DNA from: Escherichia phage SP27
Sequence record: LC494302.1
Length of the DNA: 64,000 nucleotides
Strand: one strand, 5' to 3'
The notes under the pieces were generated by a model, which worked only from the letters and a program-made list of their open reading frames with translations, had not been told where the DNA came from and searched no databases. Of this stretch, positions 1 to 13,835 are shown piece after piece. Positions within the stretch are counted from its first letter, which is position 1; each line of letters begins with the position of its first letter. Position numbers and translations under genes: made by a program.

Positions 1-976
1 TCTTATTGTTGATGAGTGTAGTATGATTTCAGATGAACTATTCCAGCACATACAAGACCAATTGTGGCGTGTCCGTAGAGCAGTTTTATTCATTGGTGAT
101 CGTTGTCAATTGCCTCCAGTTGAGTCAGAAGGAACAATGGGCGAGACTAAATTGTCTCCTACGTTTGATGTACCTGTTCAATATGAGTTAACTGAGGTTT
201 TACGACAAGCATTAGATAATCCGATTCTGGCAGTTGCAACTGCTATTCGTGAGTGTATTGGAACTAGTAAAAATCCATTTGATATTATGCACCAAACATA
301 TGGTTTAAGCACTATTACACCTATTGATGATGAAGATTTGTTTTTGAATGTTTATCGTGAATTTATTATGGAAAACAAGGGTTCATCTAAAAAAATATTT
401 GATTTCGTAAATGAAAATAAAATCTTAGCATATACTAACTATCGAGTTAATTTGGCTAATATTTACATTAGAAGTCAACTATTTGAAGTACCAGATGAAT
501 TTACTAAAGGTGAACCAATTGTTTTTGAAAGCATAACTGAGAATAGTCCATATGTAGTACAACAAATTATACAATGTCCTGAAGTGAAACGTGAAAGTTT
601 TATGGGGATTGATTGTTGGCAATTCCGTTTACCTAATGGTAGTTATATTTTAGGCGTAGGACCAGAAACAAGAATTGCAATGGACGAAAAACTAGATAAA
701 CTTGTTAAGGATATTGAGAAAAAAGAAATAAATCCATTGACAAAGAAACCATATATGTGGCAGGATTACTATGTAATTAAGAACAAATTACATATCATCA
801 ATTATCCTTATGCAACCACTGTTCATAAATCACAAGGAAGTACTTTTGATAACATTTGGTTTGATACTGATTTTATTGAACGTATTGGTACAAATGATAC
901 TAAGTGTAGAATTTTATACACTGCCATGACACGCCCACGCTATAGTGTTATGTTGAGGCAAAATGCACGATTCTAA
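1..976 (+). CDS. SF1 helicase, Dda/RecD-like, C-terminal part (5' end outside window)
   Basis: Translation ends ...TVHKSQGSTFDNIW...LYTAMTRPRYSV, matching SF1B helicase motifs V/VI; no Walker A in window, so the N-terminus lies upstream. Confidence 0.6.
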   Translation, partial: LIVDECSMISDELFQHIQDQLWRVRRAVLFIGDRCQLPPVESEGTMGETKLSPTFDVPVQYELTEVLRQALDNPILAVATAIRECIGTSKNPFDIMHQTYGLSTITPIDDEDLFLNVYREFIMENKGSSKKIFDFVNENKILAYTNYRVNLANIYIRSQLFEVPDEFTKGEPIVFESITENSPYVVQQIIQCPEVKRESFMGIDCWQFRLPNGSYILGVGPETRIAMDEKLDKLVKDIEKKEINPLTKKPYMWQDYYVIKNKLHIINYPYATTVHKSQGSTFDNIWFDTDFIERIGTNDTKCRILYTAMTRPRYSVMLRQNARF

Positions 977-1059
977 AAGACTAAATGTTATACGTAAATA
1001 TTTTTGATTTTTAATAATAAATAATCAAAAGTGTTTTGTATTATGGAGAAGAATATACA

Positions 1060-1626
1060 ATGAACAATTTACTACAAGTATTTAAAATTGAAGTTGCAGG
1101 GACGAACCTAGATAATATCCCATATTATATGTATGGTGATTATGATTCATCTTCCCCAACAACCGCACCGACTGACCAGCAAACTATTGATAAGTCAATT
1201 GCACTTTTGCGTTACCTACAACTTTCTCGTTTGCTTTCAACTTATTCAGTACCAGTTTATAGCAATGTTGAATTTGCTACACCAGGAACTGCAAAAACGA
1301 TCCCAACTGGTGCAACAATCACTGTTGGATATATTAGTTATCAACCTTTTCTTAGTACTTTGAGTGTTGCAGAGCAAGCAGCACTAACTAGTGAAGATAT
1401 GAAAACAGCAAAAGCTGCTGAGATTATCCAAACACTAATCAATGATTCATTGAAAGGTAATGGCACTAATGCACTAGAAAATGAAGAAATTACTGTACAA
1501 AAAACCATACAACGTATCAAGAATGCTCTTACTACGAGTACTGTTGATTTCATTGAGTATGAGAACGTGTATCTTAATGTTCCTTCTGTTTCTGATGCAT
1601 CTGTAGTATCTTACGTTAAATTATAA
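1060..1626 (+). CDS. hypothetical protein
   Basis: ORF with GGAG RBS before ATG at 1060 (MNNLLQVF...); no recognisable motif. Confidence 0.5.
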   Translation: MNNLLQVFKIEVAGTNLDNIPYYMYGDYDSSSPTTAPTDQQTIDKSIALLRYLQLSRLLSTYSVPVYSNVEFATPGTAKTIPTGATITVGYISYQPFLSTLSVAEQAALTSEDMKTAKAAEIIQTLINDSLKGNGTNALENEEITVQKTIQRIKNALTTSTVDFIEYENVYLNVPSVSDASVVSYVKL

Positions 1627-1649
1627 TTTTATAACATGGAGTTCTTGAC

Positions 1650-1844
1650 ATGACTGACAAAACATTTTATGATCGTATTATTGAAGACAAGGGAGTTTTT
1701 GATAAGGTAGTTTATGACCTAGAACTTATGATCAAAGACGCACCGAACCCCCGTGTGCGAACCCAAGCAGAATTTGCAAAAACTTATCTTGTTCAAGTTC
1801 AAGCAATCTGTGAAGCAATTAAAAAACACAATGATAGTGCTTGA
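1650..1844 (+). CDS. hypothetical protein (64 aa)
   Basis: Short ORF in operon spacing. Confidence 0.4.
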   Translation: MTDKTFYDRIIEDKGVFDKVVYDLELMIKDAPNPRVRTQAEFAKTYLVQVQAICEAIKKHNDSA

Positions 1845-1870
1845 CAGAACTAATGTTCTATCCTATAATT
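1841..1870 (+). promoter_or_regulatory. sigma70-like promoter (TTGACA-N18-TATAAT)
   Basis: ttgacagaactaatgttctatcctataat upstream of the IF-3 gene. Confidence 0.5.
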
Positions 1871-1913
1871 ACTATCGAACAAAACATTAAAATCATATTG
1901 GAGCTTTTATTAC

Positions 1914-2976
<1,063 letters not shown>

Positions 2977-2992
2977 AATATAGACTTAAAAA

Positions 2993-5153
<2,161 letters not shown>

Positions 5154-5154
<1 letters not shown>

Positions 5155-5945
5155 TGCCAAGTAAGAGTAAAAGTCAGGCTAAATTCTTCGCAGCCGCCGC
5201 ACACAATCCAGAATTTGCAAAGAAAGCTGGAATTTCACAAAGTGCTGCTAAAGAATGGAATGCCGCTGATGAAAAGGAAGGAAATCTTAAAAAAAGTTCT
5301 AAACTTCCTAATAAAGTAAAAGAAGCAAGTATGCGTAGTTTAGTCGATATTGTACAAGATGCAGAATTAGCTGATACAGACGACAGAACTTGTGATATAA
5401 TGGATTCATGTGAAGACGACAAAGATAAGTTGGATGAAATGCCACAACGTTTCGATAGTTTTCAAGGTCAAGACCGAGACGAGTTTGTCGATAAAACTGC
5501 CGAAATGACAGGTAAGCACAACATGGTTAAGTTCGCAGAACATAAAGACTATGATGTATATATGAACAAAAACGGTACTGGATTTATCGCTTACGATAAG
5601 TCTGGTAAACAGCTTGCTATAGTTAGTGGGCATTTATCCAATGATGCAGTACTTGGTGTTCAAAACGTTTTTGAAATTGCCGCAACTGCATCTAAAACTG
5701 GAACTAAAGGTATAATTTATAATATTTTTATGGATATGATATCACATGGTATTAAAGTTCTGAGTGATAGTCTGCATACTGATGATGCAATTAAATTCTG
5801 GACCCGTTTAATTGGTTCCCATCAAGTTTATATTGTTGGTGGTGGTGAAGTACTTGCAAAGGCGAGTCCAGATAAGGTTCATAAGTACTGGAGTGATGAT
5901 GAATCAAGTCCAAGTGCCGAACTTCAACTTATGTTAGTAAAATAA
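5154..5945 (+). CDS. hypothetical protein
   Basis: 263 aa ORF; ATGA overlap with upstream stop suggests translational coupling. Confidence 0.5.
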
Positions 5946-5949
5946 TAAT

Positions 5950-5981
5950 ATATCGGGACAAATTGTTCCGATATTTTTTTT
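5950..5981 (+). terminator. rho-independent terminator
   Basis: atatcggga / ttccgatat stem plus tttttttt. Confidence 0.55.
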
Positions 5982-6043
5982 GAGACAAACAAAACATTGG
6001 TGATACAATGTTTTATGACAAAGAGACATGATAAGGAATTCAA

Positions 6044-8008
6044 ATGGCTAAGAAAGAAAGTGCTGTTCTACAGGAACATGATGTTCAACGACTAAATGAT
6101 TATCAACATGCTCGTTTGCGTACCGAGATGTATCTTGGTTCTCGTTCAGTGCATGAAAGTCAAGTACTGATTTTTGGCGAATCAGGTTATGAGGTTAAGA
6201 ACGTAGAATGGGTTCCTGCAATTCTTACTGCTACACGTGAAATTATTGATAACAGCTTAGATGAATTTAAAAAAGCTGGAACCAAAGAACCTGTTTTGAA
6301 AGTTGATTTCAATGAAGAAGAACTATCATTTGAAATTAGTGACAATGGACGTGGTATTCCAATTGATTATGTTCCAGAGTATCAGAAAAACTTGTGTACT
6401 ATGGTAATGACTGAAACAAAAACAGGCCGTAACTTTGACGATTCAAAACGTGATGAAACGATTGGTCAGAATGGTTTAGGTGGTTCTGTTGCAATGATTG
6501 TCAGTTCTAAGGCAGAGTTAGAAATTCATCGCCAAGGTCGTCCGTATAAAACACAAAGTAGTAATGATGGTTATGATGGGTTTTATAAGTTCAATCAGAA
6601 GTTTGAGGAAGGAACTATTATGTTCCCTGAGCTTCATGTACACGAACCTACTATTAGAAAGGTACAAACCGATAAAACTGGAACAACAATTCGTTTTACT
6701 TTGAGTAAAGAAGTTTTTCCAAACAGAAAACTACCAACCGAATTACTTTATAGTATTCTTAAAGAAATGGCAGCAGCTAACCCAACTTATAAAATCTTTC
6801 TGAACGGGAAACGTATTGCTATTAAAGGAAACACTGAAAAAGCACTCTTCAATGCATCTAAATTAATGCAGTTGAATGTTAAAGATGATTCATTCAATTT
6901 TAACAGTACTTTTTATATTGTTCCTAATGCAGTAGCTGGCATGAACACGAATTTCCATATGCATGGGTTGGTTAACAATGCTCCTGCATTTGATGGTGGT
7001 ACACATCTTGATACATTCAAGAAATTCTTCTCACTCGGTGTAGGAACTGCACTAGAGAAAGAATCTAAGAAACGTAGGATGAAACCTAATCGTTCTGATA
7101 TTGAAGAAGGTTTGTTGATTTATAATGTCACAACTATGAAAGCACCTTCATTCAACTCACAGATTAAATCTAAACTAACTAATGAAAACGTAATCCGTCC
7201 AATTCAACAAGCTATGAGTACCGAATGGTTTGATGAATTAGTTAAGAAGAACAAAGAATGGGTTGATGAAATCTTCGAACGTTGTGCTGCCCGTACAAAT
7301 AAGAAAGATGCAGAAGAAGATCGTCGCCTAGCAAAGAAACTTCTAAAAGGTAAAGTTGCAAAACTATTGGATAGTACTGGAACAGACCGTTCACAGTGTA
7401 TTCTATTGATTGCAGAAGGTGACTCTGCAATTTCCAACATGGCTAGTGCTCGTATACCAAGTATTCATGGTATTCTACCATTGCGTGGGAAAATTATGAA
7501 CGTCAGTGGTACTGAGAAAACCAAAGAATTAATGGATTCAATGGCTTTACATGATATAATGGCTAGTATCAACTTAGTTCCAGGTGTTAAAGCAGAACGT
7601 TCTGAACTAAACTATGGTAAGCTTTACATCTGTGCTGATGAAGATGAAGATGGGAAGAACATTGGTGCTCTAGTGTGTAACTTCTTATTTAAATTCTGGC
7701 CTGAATTGTTTCAAGACCCAGAAAATCCATTTGTGTATGTATTCAAAACACCATTTATCATTCTTGAGAAAGGTAAAGAATCAAAATACTACTATGGTCA
7801 TAATGTGCATGAATATAACCCAGATGATTGGAAAGGCTGGAAAGCAACGCGTGCAAAAGGTTTAGGAACTTTAGAAAAAGCAAACTTCCGTGATGCATTC
7901 ACTAATAGTGTTGCAGTAGCGATCACCGATGATGGACGTCTTGGAGAAACTCTTGATTTGATTTTCAACAAGAAACGTGCAGATGATCGTAAGAACTGGA
8001 TGGAATAA
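6044..8008 (+). CDS. DNA topoisomerase II large subunit (T4 gp39/gp60-like, GyrB-type ATPase + Toprim)
   Basis: 654 aa; GHKL ATPase region (EISDNGRGIP, GQNGLGGS) and Toprim LLIAEGDSA motif; length fits a fused 39+60 arrangement. Confidence 0.85.
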   Translation: MAKKESAVLQEHDVQRLNDYQHARLRTEMYLGSRSVHESQVLIFGESGYEVKNVEWVPAILTATREIIDNSLDEFKKAGTKEPVLKVDFNEEELSFEISDNGRGIPIDYVPEYQKNLCTMVMTETKTGRNFDDSKRDETIGQNGLGGSVAMIVSSKAELEIHRQGRPYKTQSSNDGYDGFYKFNQKFEEGTIMFPELHVHEPTIRKVQTDKTGTTIRFTLSKEVFPNRKLPTELLYSILKEMAAANPTYKIFLNGKRIAIKGNTEKALFNASKLMQLNVKDDSFNFNSTFYIVPNAVAGMNTNFHMHGLVNNAPAFDGGTHLDTFKKFFSLGVGTALEKESKKRRMKPNRSDIEEGLLIYNVTTMKAPSFNSQIKSKLTNENVIRPIQQAMSTEWFDELVKKNKEWVDEIFERCAARTNKKDAEEDRRLAKKLLKGKVAKLLDSTGTDRSQCILLIAEGDSAISNMASARIPSIHGILPLRGKIMNVSGTEKTKELMDSMALHDIMASINLVPGVKAERSELNYGKLYICADEDEDGKNIGALVCNFLFKFWPELFQDPENPFVYVFKTPFIILEKGKESKYYYGHNVHEYNPDDWKGWKATRAKGLGTLEKANFRDAFTNSVAVAITDDGRLGETLDLIFNKKRADDRKNWME

Positions 8009-8020
8009 TATAGACTAATG

Positions 8021-8043
8021 GGGAACATGGTGTTCCCCTTTTA
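8021..8043 (+). terminator. rho-independent terminator
   Basis: ggggaaca...tgttcccc plus tttt. Confidence 0.6.
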
Positions 8044-8058
8044 CCAAGAGACAATGGA

Positions 8059-9471
8059 ATGGCTAAAAGTAAAAAAACAGAAAATCATAATATCGATAAC
8101 CAAACACTAACTCTACTAGATTATAACAGTTCTGATTATGTGAATACAACATCACTAGAATATTCGATGTATACACTAGACCGTGCTATTCCTGGAATTG
8201 ATGGTCTAAAGAGTTCACAACGTAAAGCAATCTTCACATTATCTAAAATTAGTGGGGAAATTAAAACAGTATCATGTGCTGGAAAAATGATTAGTGATGG
8301 TATCTATCTTCATGGGGACACGTCAGCATCAGGAACACTTCAAAATCTAGCATCTCCAGTAGCTAACAACTATCCTCTTATTGGAAAACGTGGTGGTTTT
8401 GGTACACAAGTAAACAGTACACCAGCATCTGCTCGTTACACTTATGTTAAAAAGAATAAGAGTACTGAGATGCTTGTTTTGCGTGATGCTGATATTATAC
8501 CAATGAAAGAGAACTATGACGGGACAACATATGAACCTGTTCATTTCTTGCCTATTATTCCATTATCATTGTTTGGTAATGATAGTATGTCAGTTGGTTA
8601 TAAGAGTACAATTCTACCACATAAAATTGAAGATATTATTGATAATTGCATTCGTGCTATTGATAAAAAACCACTAAAAGAAATGACCCCATATTATGTT
8701 TCATGTGGTGCAAGTGATGTTGTGACTAAGCTTGATGAAAATAAGTATGAATTCTATGGTAAAGCTGAGGTTATTGATGCAAGCACTGTTAAAGTAACAG
8801 GCTTACCACCTAATTACAGTATTGAGAAATTCATCGAAAAACTAATCAAAATGAGTGATGATGGTGAGATTCGTGATTATGACAATGATAGTACTGATGT
8901 AATTGATATTACCATTAAACTTCCACGTGGAACGTCAGCTAAATGGACAGAGATGGATGTTATTGAGTATTTTGGCATTAACAAAAAAATGACTCAACAT
9001 TTAACTGTTCTAGGTGAAAATGGCAAAGTGAAAGTTTACGATACTACGATGGATTTGATTAAAGACTTCGTTGATTTCCGTTTCAAATATTACATCAAGC
9101 GTTATGAAAAGAAACTTGATGATTGTGCTGCTGAAGTTCGTTATAAAATTCTAATTAAAGAATGTTTCGATAATGATATGATTGCTAAGGTAAAAGGATT
9201 TGCAAACCGTGCTGAAATGGTTGAATTCGTTAAATCGTTAAATACCGAAATTGAAGCAACGGAAGAGAATATTCAAAGCATTGTAAACTTCCCTTCATAT
9301 CGCTGGACGCAAGATAATTATCAATCAGTACTACAAGATATTCAAGATAATCTTGATTTGATGGATAAGTACAATGAACTGTTATCTAATCATGACTTAA
9401 TTTGGGACATTTATAAATCTGAACTAAAAGAACTAAGAAAGATTGACTTTACTCCTAAATCAGACAATTGA
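8059..9471 (+). CDS. DNA topoisomerase II medium subunit (T4 gp52-like, GyrA-type)
   Basis: N-terminus YSMYTLDRAIPGIDGLKSSQRKAIF matches the GyrA/ParC catalytic region (Y..Y...RA.P...DGLK...R..L); adjacent to the large subunit. Confidence 0.8.
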   Translation: MAKSKKTENHNIDNQTLTLLDYNSSDYVNTTSLEYSMYTLDRAIPGIDGLKSSQRKAIFTLSKISGEIKTVSCAGKMISDGIYLHGDTSASGTLQNLASPVANNYPLIGKRGGFGTQVNSTPASARYTYVKKNKSTEMLVLRDADIIPMKENYDGTTYEPVHFLPIIPLSLFGNDSMSVGYKSTILPHKIEDIIDNCIRAIDKKPLKEMTPYYVSCGASDVVTKLDENKYEFYGKAEVIDASTVKVTGLPPNYSIEKFIEKLIKMSDDGEIRDYDNDSTDVIDITIKLPRGTSAKWTEMDVIEYFGINKKMTQHLTVLGENGKVKVYDTTMDLIKDFVDFRFKYYIKRYEKKLDDCAAEVRYKILIKECFDNDMIAKVKGFANRAEMVEFVKSLNTEIEATEENIQSIVNFPSYRWTQDNYQSVLQDIQDNLDLMDKYNELLSNHDLIWDIYKSELKELRKIDFTPKSDN

Positions 9472-9481
9472 TATATTTAAT

Positions 9482-9512
9482 GGAAGACCTTATGGGTCTT
9501 CCTTGTCCTTTA
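9482..9512 (+). terminator. terminator-like hairpin
   Basis: ggaagacc ttat gggtcttcc followed by a T-rich tract. Confidence 0.45.
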
Positions 9513-9531
9513 TATAAATAATCTATAGATA

Positions 9532-11952
9532 ATGGCAGCTTGGCTATGGAGAATTATAATGACAACTTTTACCCCACGATGGGATATAAAAGCCGATGCT
9601 CGATATATACAAGAAGGACAAGACATTCTTGTGCGTTTGAGTATCAATAAAGAAAGCACAACGGATGATAGCTATGTATTAAATGAAGATGAATACTTAG
9701 AAATGATTCTTAACATACAATGCTTGGATAGTTCAGGTGCTGTATTTGATCCAGAACCACATTATACTTTTTATGTTGGTAATGACGAAAATACTTTTGT
9801 TCCTATTTCAGATGGTACAACTGGTAATAAATTAGTAAATGGTAAGCATAAGTGTAAAATCAGCAAAAATGAATTTAACTTATCTGCAAGTACTAATAGT
9901 GAAGATGTTTATTTTATAAAAATTCATTGTAAAAATGATGGAACCTATAATAATACAGAAATTATAAATTTTTATTTACAAGCAGTAAATGTTATGTATT
10001 TTGGAAATATTTCACCAAGTGGTGTTCTAGGATTAACTGATACATCAATAACATATGATAGTCAAGAAGTTTGGGTTACACCCGGAGTTGAGATTGGTGA
10101 TGACAAAAAGCTTTATTGTATTGGTGATGTTGAGTATGGCTCCAACAGTACATTGTTCGTTCAAGGATTTGGAAGAAGACGACCTTTCATTTTGGGTACT
10201 GACATGACTACTGATATTACACCTCGTGTCTTTTTTCCAGCATATCGTTTGATTGACATGGATATTTCTGAAGTTCCAGATAAACATATTACGAATGATT
10301 TCGCAGTATTCAAGCCAGCACAATCAACATGGCCTATTTCTGGTATAAACAAAGAAGTAAAAGTTAATATTCAAAATAGAAATGGTAATTTAATTGACAC
10401 TGGAATGGTGTTCAACCCAAATGGGCAATTATTGCAAACATTTTTATATGACTCAGATGCTTGTGATGCATATTTTAAAGTTGAGATTGTTGATATATTA
10501 AGTACATACACCGAAGAAAGTGAAAGGTTTGCTATCAATCAACGATATAAAGCATATCAAATGTGGGTTTGTCCTGAAGACATAGATACTATATATTCTA
10601 TTTCAGAAAAACCACTACCCAATCATTTATATCAATTAAAAGATAATGTTGTGTATCCATACGTAATTAGTGGTGAATACGATAATGGAACAATTAAGCC
10701 CGTTTATGATAGTAGTGATTGGATTGATTTAGGATATTATGACTCTACTCTTGGTGATAATATCATTGGTATGCAAAAAATGTTCAGGGTTTTGATAAAC
10801 GCAGAAGAAGGTAATAATATAAACTTTATTACTGATAGTGATTTAGGAACCATACATGTTGGTGAATATTTTGGAGACAGTATATATCCTAAAATTGAAA
10901 CTGATAGCTCTAATCAAGTTTCGTATGTTTTAGATGGTGGTGATGACATTAGAAAGTATGGGATAGATTTGACACCAGATGGATATCTTGTAGGAACTGC
11001 ATATGCCAAAAGTATTGATTTTAGTGAAAATGATGATATTAAATTATCGTTTTATGTTAAAGCATTTAGTACTGAAGGTGGTGAAGCAAGAAAAATATTT
11101 AACCTTAAGATTGTAAGAGGATTCGGACAGAATTATTTGAGTGCACATGTATTACCTTCGGTTGCATTTGAGAGAGAATGGTTTAAATGTATAAGTACTT
11201 CATCATTCACTAATCAACTATTTTTCCGACAATCTGACAATAGATATGGTCTTCAGAAAATACCGAAGATGTTATTGAAAGAAAACTTCCTAAGTCAAAC
11301 GTATCCATATACTAACCTTTCTGATATCAAGAAAGTATTGAGAAATAGTATAATTAACCCAAATGGAACTACTATTCCAAATGGAAAATTTAAAATGGTA
11401 ATGGGTAATTATAAAATAATATCAGCACTTGACAATCAAGGTAACTTACAATATGATCTATTATATAGAGAGGTTTTACCTGAAGGTTCTTTAGTATCTG
11501 TATCCAAAAATCCACGTCAATATACTCAAATCGACAACGGTCAGCTTGGTGAATTATTTGGTTTACGACAAAATATTTTTCAGGCTATTGGTGAAGACAC
11601 AACCAACTTAGTAAAAGACCCAACCGATTTACAAAATCGTGGTCTATACGTTGATGCGATACCAAGTATCAGTGATGAAATGCTTGATACGGTCCCAAGA
11701 TTTATGAATCACCCATACATTGAAGATGGTATACAGAAAAAATTCATGCCTATCATTCCAGTTGCATATTGTCAACCAGGCAAAGGTGAAGCATTTTTCA
11801 ACACTTTACTTCAGAACAATGAACATGGTACAATGGTAGGTGTAGAGTTCGAAATCACATCGGTTGAATTCGGATACTTTTCGCATGAATCAGTGAATTA
11901 TGTTTCAGATACATTTTTGATTACATTGCAAAACAATAACATAGGAGGTTAA
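9532..11952 (+). CDS. hypothetical large protein (806 aa)
   Basis: Long uninterrupted ORF; no motif recognised. Confidence 0.55.
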   Translation: MAAWLWRIIMTTFTPRWDIKADARYIQEGQDILVRLSINKESTTDDSYVLNEDEYLEMILNIQCLDSSGAVFDPEPHYTFYVGNDENTFVPISDGTTGNKLVNGKHKCKISKNEFNLSASTNSEDVYFIKIHCKNDGTYNNTEIINFYLQAVNVMYFGNISPSGVLGLTDTSITYDSQEVWVTPGVEIGDDKKLYCIGDVEYGSNSTLFVQGFGRRRPFILGTDMTTDITPRVFFPAYRLIDMDISEVPDKHITNDFAVFKPAQSTWPISGINKEVKVNIQNRNGNLIDTGMVFNPNGQLLQTFLYDSDACDAYFKVEIVDILSTYTEESERFAINQRYKAYQMWVCPEDIDTIYSISEKPLPNHLYQLKDNVVYPYVISGEYDNGTIKPVYDSSDWIDLGYYDSTLGDNIIGMQKMFRVLINAEEGNNINFITDSDLGTIHVGEYFGDSIYPKIETDSSNQVSYVLDGGDDIRKYGIDLTPDGYLVGTAYAKSIDFSENDDIKLSFYVKAFSTEGGEARKIFNLKIVRGFGQNYLSAHVLPSVAFEREWFKCISTSSFTNQLFFRQSDNRYGLQKIPKMLLKENFLSQTYPYTNLSDIKKVLRNSIINPNGTTIPNGKFKMVMGNYKIISALDNQGNLQYDLLYREVLPEGSLVSVSKNPRQYTQIDNGQLGELFGLRQNIFQAIGEDTTNLVKDPTDLQNRGLYVDAIPSISDEMLDTVPRFMNHPYIEDGIQKKFMPIIPVAYCQPGKGEAFFNTLLQNNEHGTMVGVEFEITSVEFGYFSHESVNYVSDTFLITLQNNNIGG

Positions 11953-11953
11953 T

Positions 11954-12265
11954 ATGTTTAATCCGTTTTTTGACCCGTCTGGAATGACGGAAAAAGAACT
12001 ACAGTTAAAAATTAATGAACAGTCAATGCGTTTAACTTCTGCTCGTGCTGCTGGCCTAAGCGACATGATTATTGGTAATATGCAAACTGTCTTAAATCAA
12101 TGTTATGCTGAACTAGAACTTCGCCAAGGACAAAAAGAAAAAACTGTTTATGACGAAGAAGATCCATGTATCTTCGATATGGATTCATATCTAACTGACA
12201 ACGAAGAGGCCCAGAAGAAGAAAAATGAAAGTACAAGGAAACAGATTTATAAGTCCCAATGGTGA
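11954..12265 (+). CDS. hypothetical protein
   Basis: 103 aa ORF following GGAGG RBS. Confidence 0.45.
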   Translation: MFNPFFDPSGMTEKELQLKINEQSMRLTSARAAGLSDMIIGNMQTVLNQCYAELELRQGQKEKTVYDEEDPCIFDMDSYLTDNEEAQKKKNESTRKQIYKSQW

Positions 12266-12743
12266 TGTGAAATGTAATCTTAACGCAGTTGTTTATGCAA
12301 TCAATTGCGGTGCAGATATCCAGTACTTACAATTGCAGGAAATTGATGAACCTGAAAGGTTGAAATTCAATGATAACTGTAAAAAATTTGGCTTAGAACA
12401 ACGTATGCTGGATTATACAATTGAGCATGATAAAAATCATGAACTGTGGCGATATGATCCAGTATACGACAATATAAATCTGCGTGACTTTTTCTTACAA
12501 AAATGCACATCCGATGAAGCACGAAAACGTGTTGAGTATGAACTTGATTTATATGAATATTATAATATGACAAAGCTACTAAGATGTATGATATGGCTTG
12601 TTGATTATATGGAAGAAAATGAGATCTTTTGGGGTCTAGGTCGTGGAAGCTCTGTTGCATCATACTGTTTGTTTTTGATTGGACTACATATGGTAGATTC
12701 ATTGAAGTACGAACTTGATGTTAACGAATTTTTGAAATGGTAG
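12225..12743 (+). CDS. hypothetical protein
   Basis: 172 aa ORF; 5' end overlaps the previous ORF, so the true start is uncertain. Confidence 0.45.
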   Translation: MKVQGNRFISPNGDVKCNLNAVVYAINCGADIQYLQLQEIDEPERLKFNDNCKKFGLEQRMLDYTIEHDKNHELWRYDPVYDNINLRDFFLQKCTSDEARKRVEYELDLYEYYNMTKLLRCMIWLVDYMEENEIFWGLGRGSSVASYCLFLIGLHMVDSLKYELDVNEFLKW

Positions 12744-12761
12744 AAAAACATGTGATATAAT
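12732..12761 (+). promoter_or_regulatory. sigma70-like promoter with extended -10 (TGnTATAAT)
   Basis: ttgaaa...tgtgatataat. Confidence 0.4.
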
Positions 12762-12806
12762 GTTTATTGTAGGCTTATATCACACATACAATAAAAGGAT
12801 TTTGAT

Positions 12807-13151
12807 ATGTCTAAACATACAACTTATCGTGGTACAACAATTGACATGGATATGCTCAAGTACCAAAATCAACATCAGGTAGCATTAGGTAATGCTAATT
12901 TAAACGCACGTGGTGATAAAATCGGTTCAGGTGGAACAATTATTAAAACTCGTGAAGAGTTGATTCAAGAAAAAGAACGAGAAATGCAAATTCCTGATTA
13001 TATCCCTGAACATCAACTTCATAGTACTGAACATGGTACGGATGAAGTATGGGATGATGAGAGTTTTGAAGTTAAGCCCGAAGAACAAGAAGCTGAGGTT
13101 TCTGAAGAGAAGAAAGCACCACGTCGAGCTAGAACCAAAGATCAGGAGTAA
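12807..13151 (+). CDS. hypothetical protein
   Basis: 114 aa, acidic C-terminus; RBS AAGGA before ATG. Confidence 0.45.
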   Translation: MSKHTTYRGTTIDMDMLKYQNQHQVALGNANLNARGDKIGSGGTIIKTREELIQEKEREMQIPDYIPEHQLHSTEHGTDEVWDDESFEVKPEEQEAEVSEEKKAPRRARTKDQE

Positions 13152-13159
13152 TATATTAA

Positions 13160-13486
13160 ATGACTAATAAAGTAATGACTGCATGTAAAGGTAAAGTACT
13201 GGTAACTGAACTGGAACATGGTGAACGCAAAACAGCAGGTGGTATCGTTTTAACAAACGATGACGGTAAAATTAGAGGTATTCGTTCTCGCTGGGCAAAA
13301 GTTTATTCTGTAGGCGAAGACATTACTGATATTAAAGAAGGTCAATGGATTTTAATTGATCATGGTCGATGGTCAAGAACTATTGAAGTTGATGGTATTG
13401 AATTAAACTTGGTTGATTATCCAGCCGCAGTTAGTTTAGTTTCAGATGAAGATCCACGAACTAAAATGCTAACCTTTGGTCGTTAA
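13160..13486 (+). CDS. GroES-like co-chaperonin (T4 gp31 analogue)
   Basis: 108 aa; ...GKVLVTELEHGERKTAGGIVLT... parallels GroES (VKRKEVETKSAGGIVLT). Confidence 0.5.
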   Translation: MTNKVMTACKGKVLVTELEHGERKTAGGIVLTNDDGKIRGIRSRWAKVYSVGEDITDIKEGQWILIDHGRWSRTIEVDGIELNLVDYPAAVSLVSDEDPRTKMLTFGR

Positions 13487-13539
13487 TAAAATATAATTAA
13501 AGCTCGGATGAATATCTGGGCTTTTTATTTGGACAGATT

Positions 13540-13812
13540 TTGATGATAACTGATGATGGAAAATTTAGTTTCAAGGATGTAACATTAGTATCTAAAAACG
13601 GAAGATTCATGTTTGAAGATAGAAAAAATACCAAATATGTATATGAAGTTTCACATGATATGTTTAAAGTTTTATTAGTTGCATCAGCCCAAGCTGAAAG
13701 TACTGGGATTAAAAATAAGGCAAATTCTTTTAATTTTTTATTAAATCAATTGGAAATGACAGAAGAACTTTTCACGGCTTTATTATATAATTCAGCCGAT
13801 TGGATTCTATAA
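13540..13812 (+). CDS. hypothetical protein
   Basis: 90 aa ORF. Confidence 0.4.
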   Translation: MMITDDGKFSFKDVTLVSKNGRFMFEDRKNTKYVYEVSHDMFKVLLVASAQAESTGIKNKANSFNFLLNQLEMTEELFTALLYNSADWIL

Positions 13813-13835
13813 CACGTACACATAAGGAAATACAA

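Noticed and set aside
1133-1363. Plus-strand 76-aa ORF in an alternative frame of gene 1060-1626
   Set aside because: Overlaps the longer ORF in another frame; hydrophobic low-complexity translation; no RBS.
1341-1553. Minus-strand ORF (70 aa) inside plus-strand gene 1060-1626
   Set aside because: Fully embedded antisense to a longer ORF in a uniformly plus-strand operon; low-complexity hydrophobic translation typical of frame artefacts. The same reasoning applies to the other short minus-strand ORFs (for example 3732-4046, 7204-7440, 12367-12702, 25965-26360, 42654-42968).
6044-8008. T4 gene-60-style translational bypass or split topoisomerase subunit
   Set aside because: The large subunit is one continuous 654-aa ORF with the Toprim motif in frame; no 50-nt coding gap.
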